A stretch of 63,663 bases of DNA, filler included, from Phoronis australis (Eukaryota; Animalia; Phoronida), in NCBI GenBank assembly GCA_002633005.1. It is 8 parts of 8 records of this genome, joined end to end, with 100 filler letters (N's around TTAATTAATTAA, not from the genome) between each part and the next. Parts side by side here need not be neighbours in the genome. Positions count along the whole stretch, not along the records: positions 1 to 26,408 come from NMRA01000950.1; 7 more parts are not named here. The stretch is one strand, 5' to 3'. Positions 12,478 through 26,070 of this stretch are shown piece by piece. The notes beneath the pieces were generated by a model that did no database searches, was not told where the DNA came from, and saw nothing but the letters and a program-made list of their open reading frames with translations. A program made the translations under genes and the position numbers. How positions within the stretch are numbered: the stretch's first letter is position 1; each line of letters begins with the position of its first letter.

Positions 12478-14330
12478 TCGAGAGCAACGTGAATCGTTGA
12501 AATGCGCCCACGAATGCACTACAAATGGTGTGTTTCTAGGGGAGTTCATTTGCATCATGGAAATGGTCACTAAATGACGCAAAATACGTCGAATCCAGCG
12601 GAAGCGAGAACATATAATCATTTCTTAATCGAAATATTACGGCGTTTTCCCGTTGTTCCCAACTTGTTCGATTCTGTAGCCAAACATCAAGTTGGGAAGT
12701 TTACCCTTTAGCCAATATCTTACACGACTGATTACATGTAACTCCAGACTGGCATTCATGGTTGGAGGGCCAGCTCTCTTGTGTTCGATAATTGCCCTAA
12801 TCTCCAATAAGATCGTATCTACCCTGACTGGGCTGTGCTGTTAAAAATGAAAGTTAAGTTATAACATATTTGAACATAAACCAATAGCATTTTTGAAAAC
12901 TTCGTCAAATGGTGATCATGTTTAGTTTTTGAATCGCCAAAATCGCCCAACTGTAACCGAAGTTGCGACAATCTATTCTTTCCGAATACACCAATCCAAT
13001 CTGAGATTGACTGTGTTCACACGTGGTCTGTAATAAGCCTGGTAGATAATTGGCCTGCTTGTTGTCATAATAGACCAAAAAGTGTGCTTGGAAGTTAACA
13101 AAGAAACTACATGTTATCACACGGTCAGAACCCCCTACGTCTGGTAGTCACTGAACGGGAAAACGCTGTCATGAGCTACTTTCCAAATTTCATAAAAATC
13201 CGCCTGGGAACTTCAGAGGAAAACGGAAAAATGAAATTGCCAGTAGGATGCACAACGTTCGTAGAATCCATATGAAACTCGACTTCTTTCGTTGTTAATT
13301 TCATATTAATACACAAGCTAAATTTAATGAAAAGGCTGCATTAGTTTTAAGAGATATATGTACAGCTGTGGGCACAAAAAACAAAACTGCCACAAGTGGG
13401 CGTCAGAGTTGTCGAAGTCTGCAAATCATTGTCAACCGTCCTCCTGACATTAAGAACATGTAGGCCCTACGACAATTTTCACAATCGTCCTTTGAGTGCT
13501 TTGGTTGATAGAACGCAAAAAAACAGACTCAAAAACACTAGATCAGTGGCGCAAAATGTGTCTATTCCATCTGACAGTCGTCGTCTGCTGTCATCCGCTT
13601 ATAAATACACTTGCTTAATTTAATAAAGATCCTGATGGGCATAGCACATACAGCTATGGACGCAAAAAATAATGTCGGATTTAGAGGGGGCCATGGCCCC
13701 CTAAAATTCTCCCTGATTCCATTAGAAGGTTCCAGATTGCGAATGTCTGACGGACAAAATCCTGGCTAGTACTCTGCCCTACCCCCTCCGCTAACTCAAA
13801 ATCGAGGGTCCAAACCTGAAAACTGCCACTAGGAAGCGCCACAGTAGTCCAAGTCCTCGGCCATCGTCAACCGTCCTCTTCAAATTAAGAACATATCTAC
13901 CAATTATCACAATCATCCTTTGAGTGGTTTGGTTGATAGGAGGGAGGACGCTGAAACGGACTCGAAAACAATAAAAGTGGTCAATAGGTGGCGAAAAATA
14001 CCTCGAATCCATCCAATAATAGAAAAGTTGAGTCATCTCACTAATCAATCCCCATATGCAAAATTTCATTGGGGACCTTTGAAGATAAAGAGGTAAACCT
14101 TAACTAAACAAATATTGCCATTTGGGGGAAAGGGGCACACTGGTGTTCCGAGCTGTTCAAAATTCGTCCCCATCCCTTGTCAGTTTCACAGGAACACATC
14201 TACCAAATCCTGTCAAGATCTTTGAGGAGTTTAGGAGATAACATCTGCGGACGCCGGACGACGGACGCCCAGACAGAGATGACGGCAATATGCACCCGAC
14301 CCACATGTAAGTATGTGGGCGGGTAAAAAG
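12478..14330 (+). mobile_element. Helentron/HINE (DINE-1-like) non-autonomous element with nested insertions
   Basis: Head GAGAGCAAC...GTTGAAATGCGCCCAC shared with 26071; degenerate internal modules; GGAC-type microsatellite at 14248-14278 followed by hairpin CCCGACCCACAT/ATGTGGGCGGG and TAAAAA. Confidence 0.6.
12639..13169. mobile_element. MITE family A, uninterrupted copy
   Basis: TIRs ACGGCGTTTTCCCGTT / AACGGGAAAACGCTGT; homologous to the intron copy. Confidence 0.75.
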
Positions 14331-14891
14331 CGGTGCTCGGATGGTGTATGGCTGTTTTTTTATACCATACGAGGTCACACGTGGCCTTTCAATATACGCG
14401 ACCGCAGGGAGCGAAGCTTAGTGTTAAACCATGGCAACTGACATGGGCATGGAGCTGCAGACAGTCGAGAAACGAAGGACTGTGAATACAGGTACATGTA
14501 AGAGACAAAATTCAATGGAACACTTGACAACTCAGTATCAGGGCATGGTTTACCTTTTGTGGGCCGTGGCAGGATGTTTTTGTTAGGGTCTCAGTTTTTG
14601 CAGCATAGGTCGTCTAAATGCACTTGAAGACGTGCACGTAACAATTCATAAATGTATTTCGAAAAATTGAGATAACTTTATATTCAATGAAACAATTTTG
14701 AGAGGCTCCCCTCTGGCAAGGGACACCGAAGACAACTGTCGCTCTATTTTTTTCTCGAAATTGCATGCATCTATATCACTTGACAAATATTGATGACCCA
14801 ACAGATAACATTAATTGCAGCACATTGCCTGACCTTTGAAAGCATATATCTTTTTCATATTTAAGGGGCCGGTCCTTGAAGGTGGCATTAA

Positions 14892-16551
14892 AGGAGCATG
14901 CCACCCAAAAAACAACCTAATTTGTATCAATTTAGATCGAGTAGTTCTACTCTATAACGACACGTGCGGTTGCGTTACCTGACACCTGACGGCAGATGGA
15001 GGTGTTGAAATTATCCAATTACGTCATCGGTTTCACACGCGTTCTGTTCAGCAGTTCACAACACGGGTTACTGGTGTCAGCTTATCGCTTGGAGTCATCG
15101 TTTAGCACCAATAAATCATCAAACTTCGATGTAAAACCATTAAAAATACACCGAGTTCTTACAAAAACGTGTTGTTTTATTTCGCTCTTACGGCCTTATT
15201 GGTATTTGGACACACCGTAGCCTACAAAGTTCGGCAGGCCAATAAGGTCCGTAGCAGGAGTTTGGGGTGTGTTTGGAGATAATTTCGAAGTATTTTCCGT
15301 GAGATACAGACAGGAGAACCTAGATCTGTGTTGTTTAGACTTGTGATTTTCTGAGTTCTAAACACAAAACGCTCGTTATCCTGGCCAGTGACTCGGAGCC
15401 CGATCAGGCCCGTCACGGCCGGCCGGATTGACTCGTTATCCCGGTCAGTGGCTCGGAAACTGATCAGACATCACGAACAAACCAGCCAAAGTTCAGTGGA
15501 AACTAAACTTCCAGTCAAGAAAATACTATACTAGTGAGCCAAAGTAATGTGCACGTGATTATGTTGGTGAATTAGCCACGAAACTGCAAATCTACTTACT
15601 CGTCGGGGGCCTCCAATTCAGTTCCGTTTTGGCCACAGCACCGTCAGGGCAGAAGTTGTACATTGACAATCATTATTTGAGTAATGTAAATGTAAATAAA
15701 GATTCCCCTAACACCTGGTAGTGGGGTGGAAATCACAACAGTTTCTGCCTGAAACACTAAATTAGAGCTCACACGGCCTCGGTGTCCCGTCAATTAGTTT
15801 TATTGCACCTAAAGCCGGTAACGCAGTGACTATTCATTGCCGGCTTCTCAAATCATTTCGTGCACTCACGAACACTCCAAAAGCATTTCAAATTACATCT
15901 ATCGAGACAGACTTTGTGTCACTTTTATATAAGTATTGGTTAGAGTGAGAATAATTCATTTTGAAACAGAACGGTCAGTAATAAACGCCAACATGGCAAC
16001 TCGCAATCCCGACTTAGGACGAGCTAGAGCGGCTCATCAATCCCGATTTCGCAGGTGGATCGTTAAGTCTTACAGGCTATCAATTCGAACAGGAATACAG
16101 TGATGAAGAAATACTAAAGAGGCGCCGTGAACAAGCTCAGACAACGGAACGTATGAAGTTATTTGGTAAGCCGGCATTCGTGAGGCACTGTCGACGTTGT
16201 CTGCAGGCAACAGACACGGAGATGTCATACTTGCTATTTACAGCGTGCATTTCATTCTTCACTACCATGAGCCACTTCCTAAGCATTTCAGACTCTCAAG
16301 GAAGTAAAAAAACCCCGATATACTCGCTTTCCTAGCAGCTGCTTAGTTCGGACAAGCGGGAACGATACACCGCAACATAGCGGCATTCACTATGCATATG
16401 AACCACTGACGTCGCTAGCGTCGTTTCTCACCTTCCTCACATGTTAACGCGACACCTCTTGGCAAGGTAAGGTCGACCGTACGCGAGGCGATGTGGAAAT
16501 AGACCAATTAAGACGGCAAAAAAGACTAATTAAATCGGGTGGCATTAGCCT
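14892..16551. mobile_element. Kolobok-type DNA transposon, deletion derivative
   Basis: TTAA at 14888-14891 and 16552-16555; TIRs AGGAGCATGCCACCC / GGGTGGCATTAGCCT; decayed THAP-like (-) and KolX-like (+) remnants arranged head to head. Confidence 0.75.
15993..16400 (+). pseudogene. Decayed KolX-like (P2X7 ballast-like) ORF
   Basis: GYQFEQEYSDEEI, then a broken Cys-rich segment and an RYTA..RH-like motif; frameshifts and stops. Confidence 0.45.
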
Positions 16552-17344
16552 TTAATGGTATTCACGTGGCCCCCTTTACGTGACTGTTTTTATTTACAAA
16601 TTATTAAGGCAATACTCTCGGAGAGAGAGCCCAATGTTGGAATCGATTATCTTTAGTTTTTACTTTTTTGTAAATTGTGCAACCGGCTTTAATGTTTAGG
16701 GCGCTCTCTTCTTGCAGGGTCATTCGACGATGGAATGAAGTGTAACGCTTTTCCAAGCTTAATGATGTTTAGCTTTTCATCTTAAATTGACCCCTTTCAC
16801 AGGGGGCCTTCTCTCGGCGGGGCTGTTCGAGGAATTGTCTCTTTGTCCCTCTGTACGTGTAAATCCGGCACTGGTGAGTAAAACGAATCTCGAGGGGAAG
16901 TTGATATTCCAAGTTCACCAAAACACAAAACATGTGTGCCCAGCACAGCAGTATCAAGACATTCGACCCAAACAACCAAAAGTTTGAAAAATACAGTAGG
17001 ATTGACCGCCATCGAAAAGGTGGAATTTTGAAGAACGTGAAGACCATTATTTGTTATTTACACAAAATAACTATTTCCATTGATTATTTATAAAACATTG
17101 TTACCTTTATCTATAGTATCACAAGAATAGTATTTGTTGTTACTAGGAGTTGTTTTTCAAGCATTCGCACATGTCGAAAAGACTGTTGGGTCTACAATTT
17201 GTGGTGACCGTGTTAATGTCGAATGACTATACTCAAGGTACTCGCAGTCTAAACAAAGTATTCAGCTATTTCAAGTTCAAGTTTAATTCGTGAACAGTTA
17301 CAGTTACCTTTGAAAGGATCATACATGCTACATCTCCCATGTTC

Positions 17345-17972
17345 CCCCGGTTGGTTTCTGATTTACATGTTTAGCCTATGTATCTACGAAAATCGACAGT
17401 TTCGTAATAGATTATTTTTGGCATTTAAAAGCTAATTTTGTAAGACTTGATGACGTTTCAGTGGATTTAGTTGCAGCCTGAAGTTGGAAAAACTTTATAA
17501 TCTGATCTCCAAATAGTAAAGTACACTTTCACGGTTTTTGCCCATCTAAAAAAACTCTCAAAGACATTGATGAAATTTTGACAGTTGCCAAAAATGTACT
17601 AACAATTCAAATGACAAAAAATGCATTGCTTTTTGACGTTGGTACATGATTTGCCGTTTAAACTCACAAACAGGAGATCAAAATGGTATCAAGTTATTAA
17701 ATCAAGGTGAACGCATTGCTCAAGGAATCGAATGTTTGCTTTTGATTTACATGTTCATGCATTCAGGAAAATCGACTGATTGATAGGTGATTTTTTTACT
17801 ATTACCTAGTTGCAAGCTGACATTGGGAAACTTCGAAATATCATCAGATCCCAAATAGCAAAGTACACTAAACGATTTTCCATCTGGCATACAGTGTAAT
17901 ACTCAAAGATACTAATGAAGATCAGACAGCTCTGCAAAGTAGCACCGAAATGTTCTCACAATTCAAATTGTC
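17345..17972. repeat. Old diverged tandem duplication
   Basis: Colinear blocks (TGATTTACATGTT, GAAAATCGAC, CCAAATAG.AAAGTACACT, ACAATTCAAAT) recur about 350-385 bp apart. Confidence 0.6.
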
Positions 17973-17989
17973 TAGTGGTGTAAAGTCAC

Positions 17990-18304
17990 AAATCCCAGAT
18001 TGAAAAAAGTGTCATAGAAAGTAAAATCAAGCTCATTCCTTATTAACTTGGAAAGGTCGTCTTTGCACTTCTTTGATGTTCTTTGTTTCCAGTAGTATTG
18101 CGCAATAAATTTTTGTTCTTCACCATTGAATCGTTGGCTTGCCATTCCCGTGCATACTACACAGATGGAGTGCGCCATGATTGAGGCACCCACGTTAAAA
18201 ATATGGTGTTACCTTGCAGTAGGCCCGCACATAATATGAAATATCCACGGGAACTGAATTTGGAGTTCAAGCGTTGAAGTGTGTACATTTTGGGACACAC
18301 TCTG
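17990..18304 (-). mobile_element. Tc1/mariner 5' fragment
   Basis: Minus-strand terminus TA-CAGAGTGTGTCCCAAAA; MASQRFNGEEQKFIAQYYWK..(fs)IKEVQRR resembles the DUF4817 helix-turn-helix. Confidence 0.55.
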
Positions 18305-20189
18305 TATCATTTTCCCCATCCACCTGAAATTGGGCTTCCGGCCGTATTTCACATGCGGATTTTGAAACAGAACCAAAGGCCCTACCCAAGGAACCTCAGT
18401 ACTTCACCTTTTCAAAAAAATTCCTTCAAACAATGACCATAATAAAACGAACTTTTCCCGAAACTGGATCATAATAAAGCGAATCTTGACTTTAAAGCCA
18501 GAGCGCAGACGGATAGGTACTGTACGAGCTACGCCTCCTGTCTCCAGTGTATCATAGCTGAGGTTCATTTCATCGATTTTCGTGTCTTCACACTGTGAGA
18601 CCTCAACTACAGTTACTTTAGAAAGCTCCCCGCTACCTGTCAGTGCGCTGGCTCTGGACCCATTGTACTCCCCTCGAAACTTTGTTAGTTCACGGGCAAC
18701 CTAGATCCTGAGGGCTGCAGCCCCGGAATTGCTCTCCCCACTTATGGCGAACGTGGGACGTTCGTTACAAATACGGCGGCATCCGGAGAACAGGGGTGGT
18801 TGGTTGAGGTGGTGGCAATAGAAAGGGGGAGTAGTTTGGCGAAGTAAAATTGGTTTGTGCCCCCCAATGATTTTTTGTCTTCCTACTGGCATGATATACA
18901 CTATGTGTTTGTGCTTTTATGTGATGAATTTGTATAAATTAATTATACGGTGACAATCCTAAGACACTTTTGCAGTACCATGCAAAATTTTACCTCACTA
19001 TAGTTCCTTCAACACCAAGTAGTAATTTGCGTTCAAAGCTACTGCTGTACACGTGTAGTCGGTCACTTGGTACCAAAGTTACGCATGTGTATGCGTGCGT
19101 GTGCATGTTAAATAGTTACCACCAAGACCCTTTGTCTCAAAAAGATTTTTTTTGATACATCTCAAGAGGTTGAACAGCCTTTAATACCCCTTTTCAATGG
19201 AACAAGCAAAAAATTAGAAACAAATTATGGTATGGAGTTTGTACATAATGGGTGGAAGATCGTCTCCGCCGTCGTTGTTTTTACTAGTGAGGAGTTGTTA
19301 GGAAAGTCCGCTGAGAACTGCCTTGATCAGAAATGAAAAGAGGCGCGTTTGTGGAAGCTGCAGTGATAGCACTATGACTGAGAACGCATCTGTGTTCAAA
19401 TTTCCTTGATACATATACGTGAAAATTGCTCAGAAATGGCATCGGTTTTGAAGCTGCACGAGAGCATCGAGCCACACTTCATTCGGCATATTTCAAAGAA
19501 TTGTGTTTGACGTTGGTACCAATGTTACGCATGTGTATGCGTGTGTGTGTGTGTGCTAAATAGTTGTTGATGAAAACACAGAATGCACTTGTTGATTCCA
19601 ATAGCATAATTCAAATGACGGGGTTTCCAAACATTTCACTACTCGTGGCTCGATTATTATTTACGTCGACTAACAAACAATAAGTTTTACCCGGCAACGT
19701 GTTGTTTGTCGGAGATAATGGCGGCTTGGAAACACAGGTGTGTCAATAATACTACGTTCTAAGTTGTCCGTTAATCCTGGCAATAGGTAAATTAGAGGAA
19801 AGGAAAATCTATATACATAACGATGACTCTCAGCTCTATGTTCCTGAGATGAGACGGGACTGAAGATGCTGTGACTGTTGCTCGCACAGAATGCGACTCA
19901 AATTCGGATTTGTAATGTGGTCCATAAAGAGAACGTTCTCGCGTTACCTTCAGCCAAACTTTCAAATCAGGAGTGCTAATAAATGATTGATTACACCACA
20001 TTACATTCTTGCACTTAAGTTTTTAGTCTGAGAATGACTTGACGAAATTTTTCATCTGGTTGTATTGTTGCACGTTTCCTACATCGCAGGAAATGGGAAG
20101 AAGAAAGTATTCTAAAGGCTCACAACTCCAAAAATATCTAAAATTTCGAAATCAGGTTCAATTTTTATACTTTTGCAGGCAAAAAATTA

Positions 20190-21130
20190 ACATTACCTTG
20201 GTAATTAAATGCGTTGAGTTGCGTACCTATACCGAAACAGCATCCAAGTATTATTGATTTCATGCGCATACGAAATTGTCCGCATGTCCTACAAACACGG
20301 AAAAATAAGTGCGCTTTTGCATTTTTAAAGAGATACCATACCTGAATTTGACCTATTGATAGATACTGAAAATGAATGTCCCGTCCAGTTCTCTGCAACA
20401 AAATTATATTCTGTAACTCTAAACAACCCTCAAACGTTTGCTGAAACTTTTGAAAACTTCTTTCGAACTTTGTTGCACGGATAATTCTGACCTACGCTTT
20501 TTGCGAATTACACGGCAACTGTGGGAAAAGATCACGCACCAAGGACCATAATGTCCAAACTGAGATATGCGGTGTATGAATTATTAATCGATTCATTTTT
20601 CTCCAAAACGGATTCTAAACCCTGTTTGGGTGATTTTAAACAATCCTCATTCTCTCACCTGCTGATGGATCATTGAAGTCAATCTTGAAAGCTAAAAGTA
20701 GGAATAAACTAAGAATTCATGGGCACTACCTCACAATTGGACATTATGGTCTATGGTGGGTGGTCTTTTCTCACAGATGCCATGTAACTCCCTAAAAATA
20801 GGTCACTTTTGCCCCTTTAGCAGACTTTAAAAGGATTTTTTCATTTTTCCTCTAAACTCTTAAAGCTTAATTGTCGAGCCTTTGCAAAGCATTATTTTGT
20901 TTCAGAGTTCTGGACAGGAAAGTCGTTTTAGGATCTGCCAATGGGGCAAAACGGGGTTTGGTATATTTTTAACTTGAAAGATTGACGCCAGTGATGTATC
21001 ACCAGGTGACATAACGAAGATTGGTAGAAATCGTGACAGGGCTAAGTATCATGTAAAAGAATTTGAACAAAGAATATTGATGAATTATCAATCCATGTTA
21101 AGCTCGCATAATTTCAATGAGGTATTATAG
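20190..21130. mobile_element. Degenerate foldback/MITE with long inverted arms
   Basis: 20515-20566 is inverted at 20727-20780; 20325-20410 is inverted at 20890-20970. Confidence 0.6.
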
Positions 21131-21494
21131 GGCCTTTGCGCCTCAACTTCATCCGACCTGACCACACGCACAGTCGACACTAAATGTGCTTAGAATTAAG
21201 GCTACCCTGTCTCTTACAGTCTCCACTAAGTCAAAGAATCCCGCCGTTGGTCACCTGAAACCTGACCCGTGCCCCGGATGTTGTCCCTGCTTGAGACTGA
21301 GTCGTTAATTAGATCCAACAATCACGATTTTCGGTGTTCGGAACTGAGCTCATTTGTAAAAAATGTAATCAATGTTTTAAAACTATTCAACTCTTGCACA
21401 CGCACTCTTTAAATGGTTACTACATGATGGAGACTAATACAATGCTTTTTGAGGTCAGTTCCAACCCATCAGCAAACAACCAGATTAATGACGT

Positions 21495-21738
21495 GTGGAC
21501 ATTCGAAGAAGTGGACTTTCGGTGTAGCGAACCTTCGGAGTAGTGAATCTTCGGAGAACTGGACTTTCGGAGTAGCGAACCTTCGGAGTGGTGAATCTTC
21601 GGAGAACTGGACTTTCGGAGTAGCGAACCTTCGGAGTAGTGAATCTACGGAGAAGTGGATTTTCGGAGTAGCGAACCTTCGGAGTAGTGAATCTTCGGAG
21701 AAGTGGAATTTCGGCGTAGCGAACCTTCGGAGTAGTGA
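21495..21738. repeat. 48-bp minisatellite built from three TTCGGAG subunits, ~5 copies
   Basis: Unit AGTGGACTTTCGGAGTAGCGAACCTTCGGAGTAGTGAATCTTCGGAGA. Confidence 0.9.
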
Positions 21739-22278
21739 CGTGTAAATTTAGAAGCCTTTTCTATCAAATTTGTTGCTCGTATGAAGTGTGTAAAGCTGTG
21801 TACCATTGACACTGATTGGCAAGAGAACTTTTCCTCATGGGCCAAAGTTTTTCTTTAGTCTAGGCCTACTTTTCTCAAATACTGTGAACATGCTCGCCAC
21901 GCTTTTCTCAGTGCAGGAACACAATGTTAAATGTCTGGGTTTTGTTTATAGTGAAATTACCGTCGGCGTGTATTGAATGTAAAAGAATGGAAACACACAC
22001 ACGCGCACACTCGCGTGCATGTTAATTCACCAATCCGCAATCAAAACGGACACTAGATAAGCAAAAATTGTTTGACGATCACCTTCAGTTCGAAATTTGA
22101 AATTGCCTGCACTTCGCCATACCATGCTAGCAAGTATACCAAAGTAGCAAAAACGCATTTTCTGCTGTTTTGTTTATGGGTCCATTTTACGGCATGATCC
22201 AAACCCCACTACATGTACTTTTTGGGAGCTCTTTCGCTGCTTTATAGCAATTATGGACATTTACTTCTAGACTCCCTT

Positions 22279-22880
22279 TATACCCTATGGTGTATCTTTG
22301 ACCAAATGGTTGAACGTTACACCGATAATTATGAACGTAACATAATTCTTGTTAGAGGGGTAGAATACTTAATTCCAGCTTAAAGTAATTAATTGCAGCG
22401 TAAGAAATGCTTATGACGTAAAGTACAATATTTGCTGCATAAAGTCAATAATGGCAGCCTAACTAACTTATTTGCAGCGTAATGTAATTATTTGCAGCGT
22501 AAAGTAACTTTTTACAGCGTAGAGTCAATATTTAAGGCGTAAAGTAATTAATTGCGGCGTAAAGGATTTTTTGCAGCAGAAATAAATATTTGGGATGTAA
22601 AGTAACTTCTAGCTCAGCCAATAATTACTTTACGCCGTAATTTCTCAATTGTTTACGTCATAAATAATTACTTTACGCCACAAATAATTACTTTTTTCCG
22701 TAACTGATGACTTAACTTGACAACTAATTACTTTGACGTTCAAATAATTACTTTACGCCGTAAATAACAACTCTACGCCGCAAATAACTTCACACCTCTA
22801 GCAAGAATCAGCTTACACAAGCAATGTAAGTGCCTAACGTTCAACGTTTCGGCCAACGATAATTTTACGATAGTGGTGTA
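22279..22880. mobile_element. Foldback element with inverted arrays of ~20-bp subrepeats
   Basis: GCGTAAAGTAATTATTT-type units at 22375-22610 mirrored by AAATAATTACTTTACGC units at 22618-22790; outer arms also inverted (GTTGAACGTTA / TAACGTTCAAC). Confidence 0.75.
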
Positions 22881-23309
22881 GCAACTATGCACGTTCTATG
22901 CCAATGAATGGCGCAAAGTCTCCTCTAATCGTGTCATCTGTGCAAACACTACTACGGTGAAGTTAGGCCATGGGGACGGGTAGGGACCGATGAAAGTAAA
23001 TTCAAAATTACTACTAATTAATCATATATAGTGTAAAATCAACGGATGTTCATCTAACGAATTAATGTAGACATAAAACATGGCAGAAAGTGATCTTGGC
23101 AGCGAACATCAATTCGGCAATGACGTACATGCACGTAATTTTTGGACCTCAAAGTTTGTAAAGGATAATTATAAAATTCTATTTTTACCAGAAATGATTA
23201 AAAAAAAAAACAATAAGAAAACGTTTGCATTCTCCTTTCATTGTGCTCATTTGCTTGAGATTGACTAGTTATACTGTACACGTGCAACAAATGAAATACA
23301 ACGACCCCT

Positions 23310-24270
23310 TACATGAATGTTCATGCGATGTATTGATATCTTTTTATGGGCTCGGTGAATTGCTGTATTTTGTGTTTTCTATATGACTAAAACTGAAATT
23401 CCCATGGGGAAACGTGTTTCGCTTCAATAATTGTGTTTATCAAACCTTTACTGGAAGCCAACAACAATGTTTGGTAAAAAAATGACTGCGTCGAACGAAT
23501 TTCCTATGAACAACGTAAGAATGTGGTCAAAACTTTCGGTGCTTTATCGAATAACATGACAGACAAATGGAATTCAGAGAACCATTGTACTTATTTCTTC
23601 TTATATTGCAGCTAATTATATTTTGTTGAAATGTACAAATATACAGTGTACAGATAAGTGCACTTTCAGTCAGTACAATGTTCGTGAGTTTCGGCACTGT
23701 CATGTTGTCTTATTGAGAGTGACTTACGTAAAGTTTTTGAGCTTCAAAATAAGGATAACCACAAAATCCTATTTTAACCAAAATGATTCCACAAACGTTT
23801 GTCGTCGCGTTTCGTTATGCTCGAGTGTGCTCTTAATCAAATACAACATTTGGCTTGAGATTTAAAAGTTATACGTATACGACAAATGATTTAAAATGGC
23901 CCCGAATGTTCATGCGGTGTATTAGTTGCTATCCTTTAATTTCACTCGATGGGTTTGTTGTTATTCTGTGTTTTCTTTGTTACTAAAACTGAAGTTCTCG
24001 TGGAGAAACTCCCTTTAATTTAGTAACTGTGTTCGGCACACTTTTAATGGCACCAAGACCAATTGTCAATATAAAAGCACCTGGGATAAAATTTCAATGA
24101 ACCGCTTAAAGTTTTGGCAAGCAACTTTCAATACTTTATTAAATAACAAGACACACATACGAATTACAGATGATCACTGTTCTTTTTTCTTCTAATGTTG
24201 CAGCTAATTACATTTTGTTGAAGTACAAATAAGAACAGGTTCAGTCAGCACGTTGTTCGTCAGTTACCGC
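23310..24270. repeat. Diverged direct repeat, period ~590 bp
   Basis: GAATGTTCATGCG at about 23316 and 23905; TTGCAGCTAATTA.ATTTTGTTGAA at about 23606 and 24198. Confidence 0.7.
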
Positions 24271-26070
24271 ATGGAATTATTGTCAACGTATATCAATACG
24301 GTAATAAGCAATGATAGAATTGAAAACGTCATATTATGGAAATTGACGAATACATGTACGACATCGAATAAACTTGAATAACTGTTTTGTAATAGGCCAA
24401 CCAACAACACAAGTAAACTATTACTTCGCCAATGTGCAGCGACACTAGAAATCGCTAATTGTATTGCTTCCCCACACTCTACCCTTCAAAAACTCTAATG
24501 TTGGGACATGTATATCGATCACTAAACGGTTCCATATTCATAGTTTTTACTGTCGCAACACGCTTATATCTGTTTACACAAATTTGCCTCATAAATCAAC
24601 TTAAAAATGATTCTTTTGTAAGACAACCAAATGGAATACTTTGAGTACCACAAATTGATGCTGTACATAGATCAAGTCAGGGGAAACAAACTTTAAATTA
24701 CGTCTAAGTCCCGAAAGCAACAATAGAAACATATGTAGCTGCAGCAAACTTTAATTTATGTCTAAATCACACAAACGGCTTAACACATACAATGGTAACT
24801 CATGTAGCATTAGGATATATAGCATACATGCAATAACAAGAGAAAGTTAATGTACATGTATATATAGCTAGCGATGATGTGACATTGCGTCATATAAGTG
24901 GCTTGCACAGTATTTCTTGAACTCTCATGTCTTGTAATGTCATAGTCTACTTGTACTTATGCAATTCCGACTGTGTTTAAAGGGTACACAGCATCAAAAG
25001 ACCACCTTCTCAATTTGGATTAGAGCCTCGTGCATTTTGGTTAGATAGGCAGTCAAGAAGTTATTTATGGACTTTAGAAGAACTCCAAGTTGGTTAAGCT
25101 TATTTCTCAAGACAGCTGAAGACCCAATAAGTACATGTATAAGCTTGGTCCAGCGACTCATTTTACACCCGGAATCTCCGGCAATAAAGAATTGTCAGTT
25201 CCTCCAAAATCCAGAGAGCCCTAAAAACTGAAGTAGTGAACTTTTTGAGACTTCAAAACTGCACATGCCTCAAATCGAAGCTGTTTTTGACACTAATTGA
25301 AAAAATGACGTCTTCAGACCAATGTTTACGCAAAACCTAGGGTAATTACATAATACAATAAAATGTTGATTACACAACCTTGTTTTTATCATAGTCACAG
25401 AAACGAATTTAACACTCTGACGCAGAAATTACAATGCTCTTCAACACACGGTTTGCACGAAATAGTTGGATTTACCTGACCTCAGTGCCTTTACATATTG
25501 TATATCTGCTGGTTGTTTTCAATTGATTGGCTGAATATCCAGGAGTTGCAAGATGGAAAAATCAAATTTAGAATCAAATTCAGTAGAATTTGTGTAAGGT
25601 TTAGAGGTCTTTGGTCAAAGATTAGGAACAGACTGTTAGGTTGGACATTTTACTGGCTTTTTAAGCCAAAGAGCAAAAACCGTTGAGTACCACCAAAATT
25701 ACACTACTATGAAACACACACAACAATACTATGAAAGACACATTAAAATACTATGAAAAACACACTGCAATAATATGGAACACACATTACAATTCGCTCC
25801 AATACAAAAAAACAGAAGTTGAACACTAACATAGAGTTTTGACCTCATTAAAGTTGATTTGCAACACTGCAGCATGAAAGGAAAGCGAAAAAATAGAAAT
25901 TGGGCCTTAGGTTTAGTGAAGCTTTCAGAAATGAATTTTTCTACCATTGGTTTGCACTTGGTATACACACGTACATTTACTAATGACTACGGAGCGGCTC
26001 AAAGGTATGACCTATCGTATGCCCAAAATTTTAAAGCTAAATGATGAACAGGAATTTTAATACGAAAATG

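Noticed and set aside
14431-14491. Possible first coding exon (ACCATGG, MATDMGMELQTVEKRRTVNT, GT donor)
   Set aside because: No recognisable homology and no convincing downstream exon
21449-21745. Repetitive ORF, and a possible CRISPR-like array
   Set aside because: Units are contiguous tandem repeats without unique spacers, there are no cas genes, and the context is eukaryotic; the ORF is a by-product of a 48-bp unit
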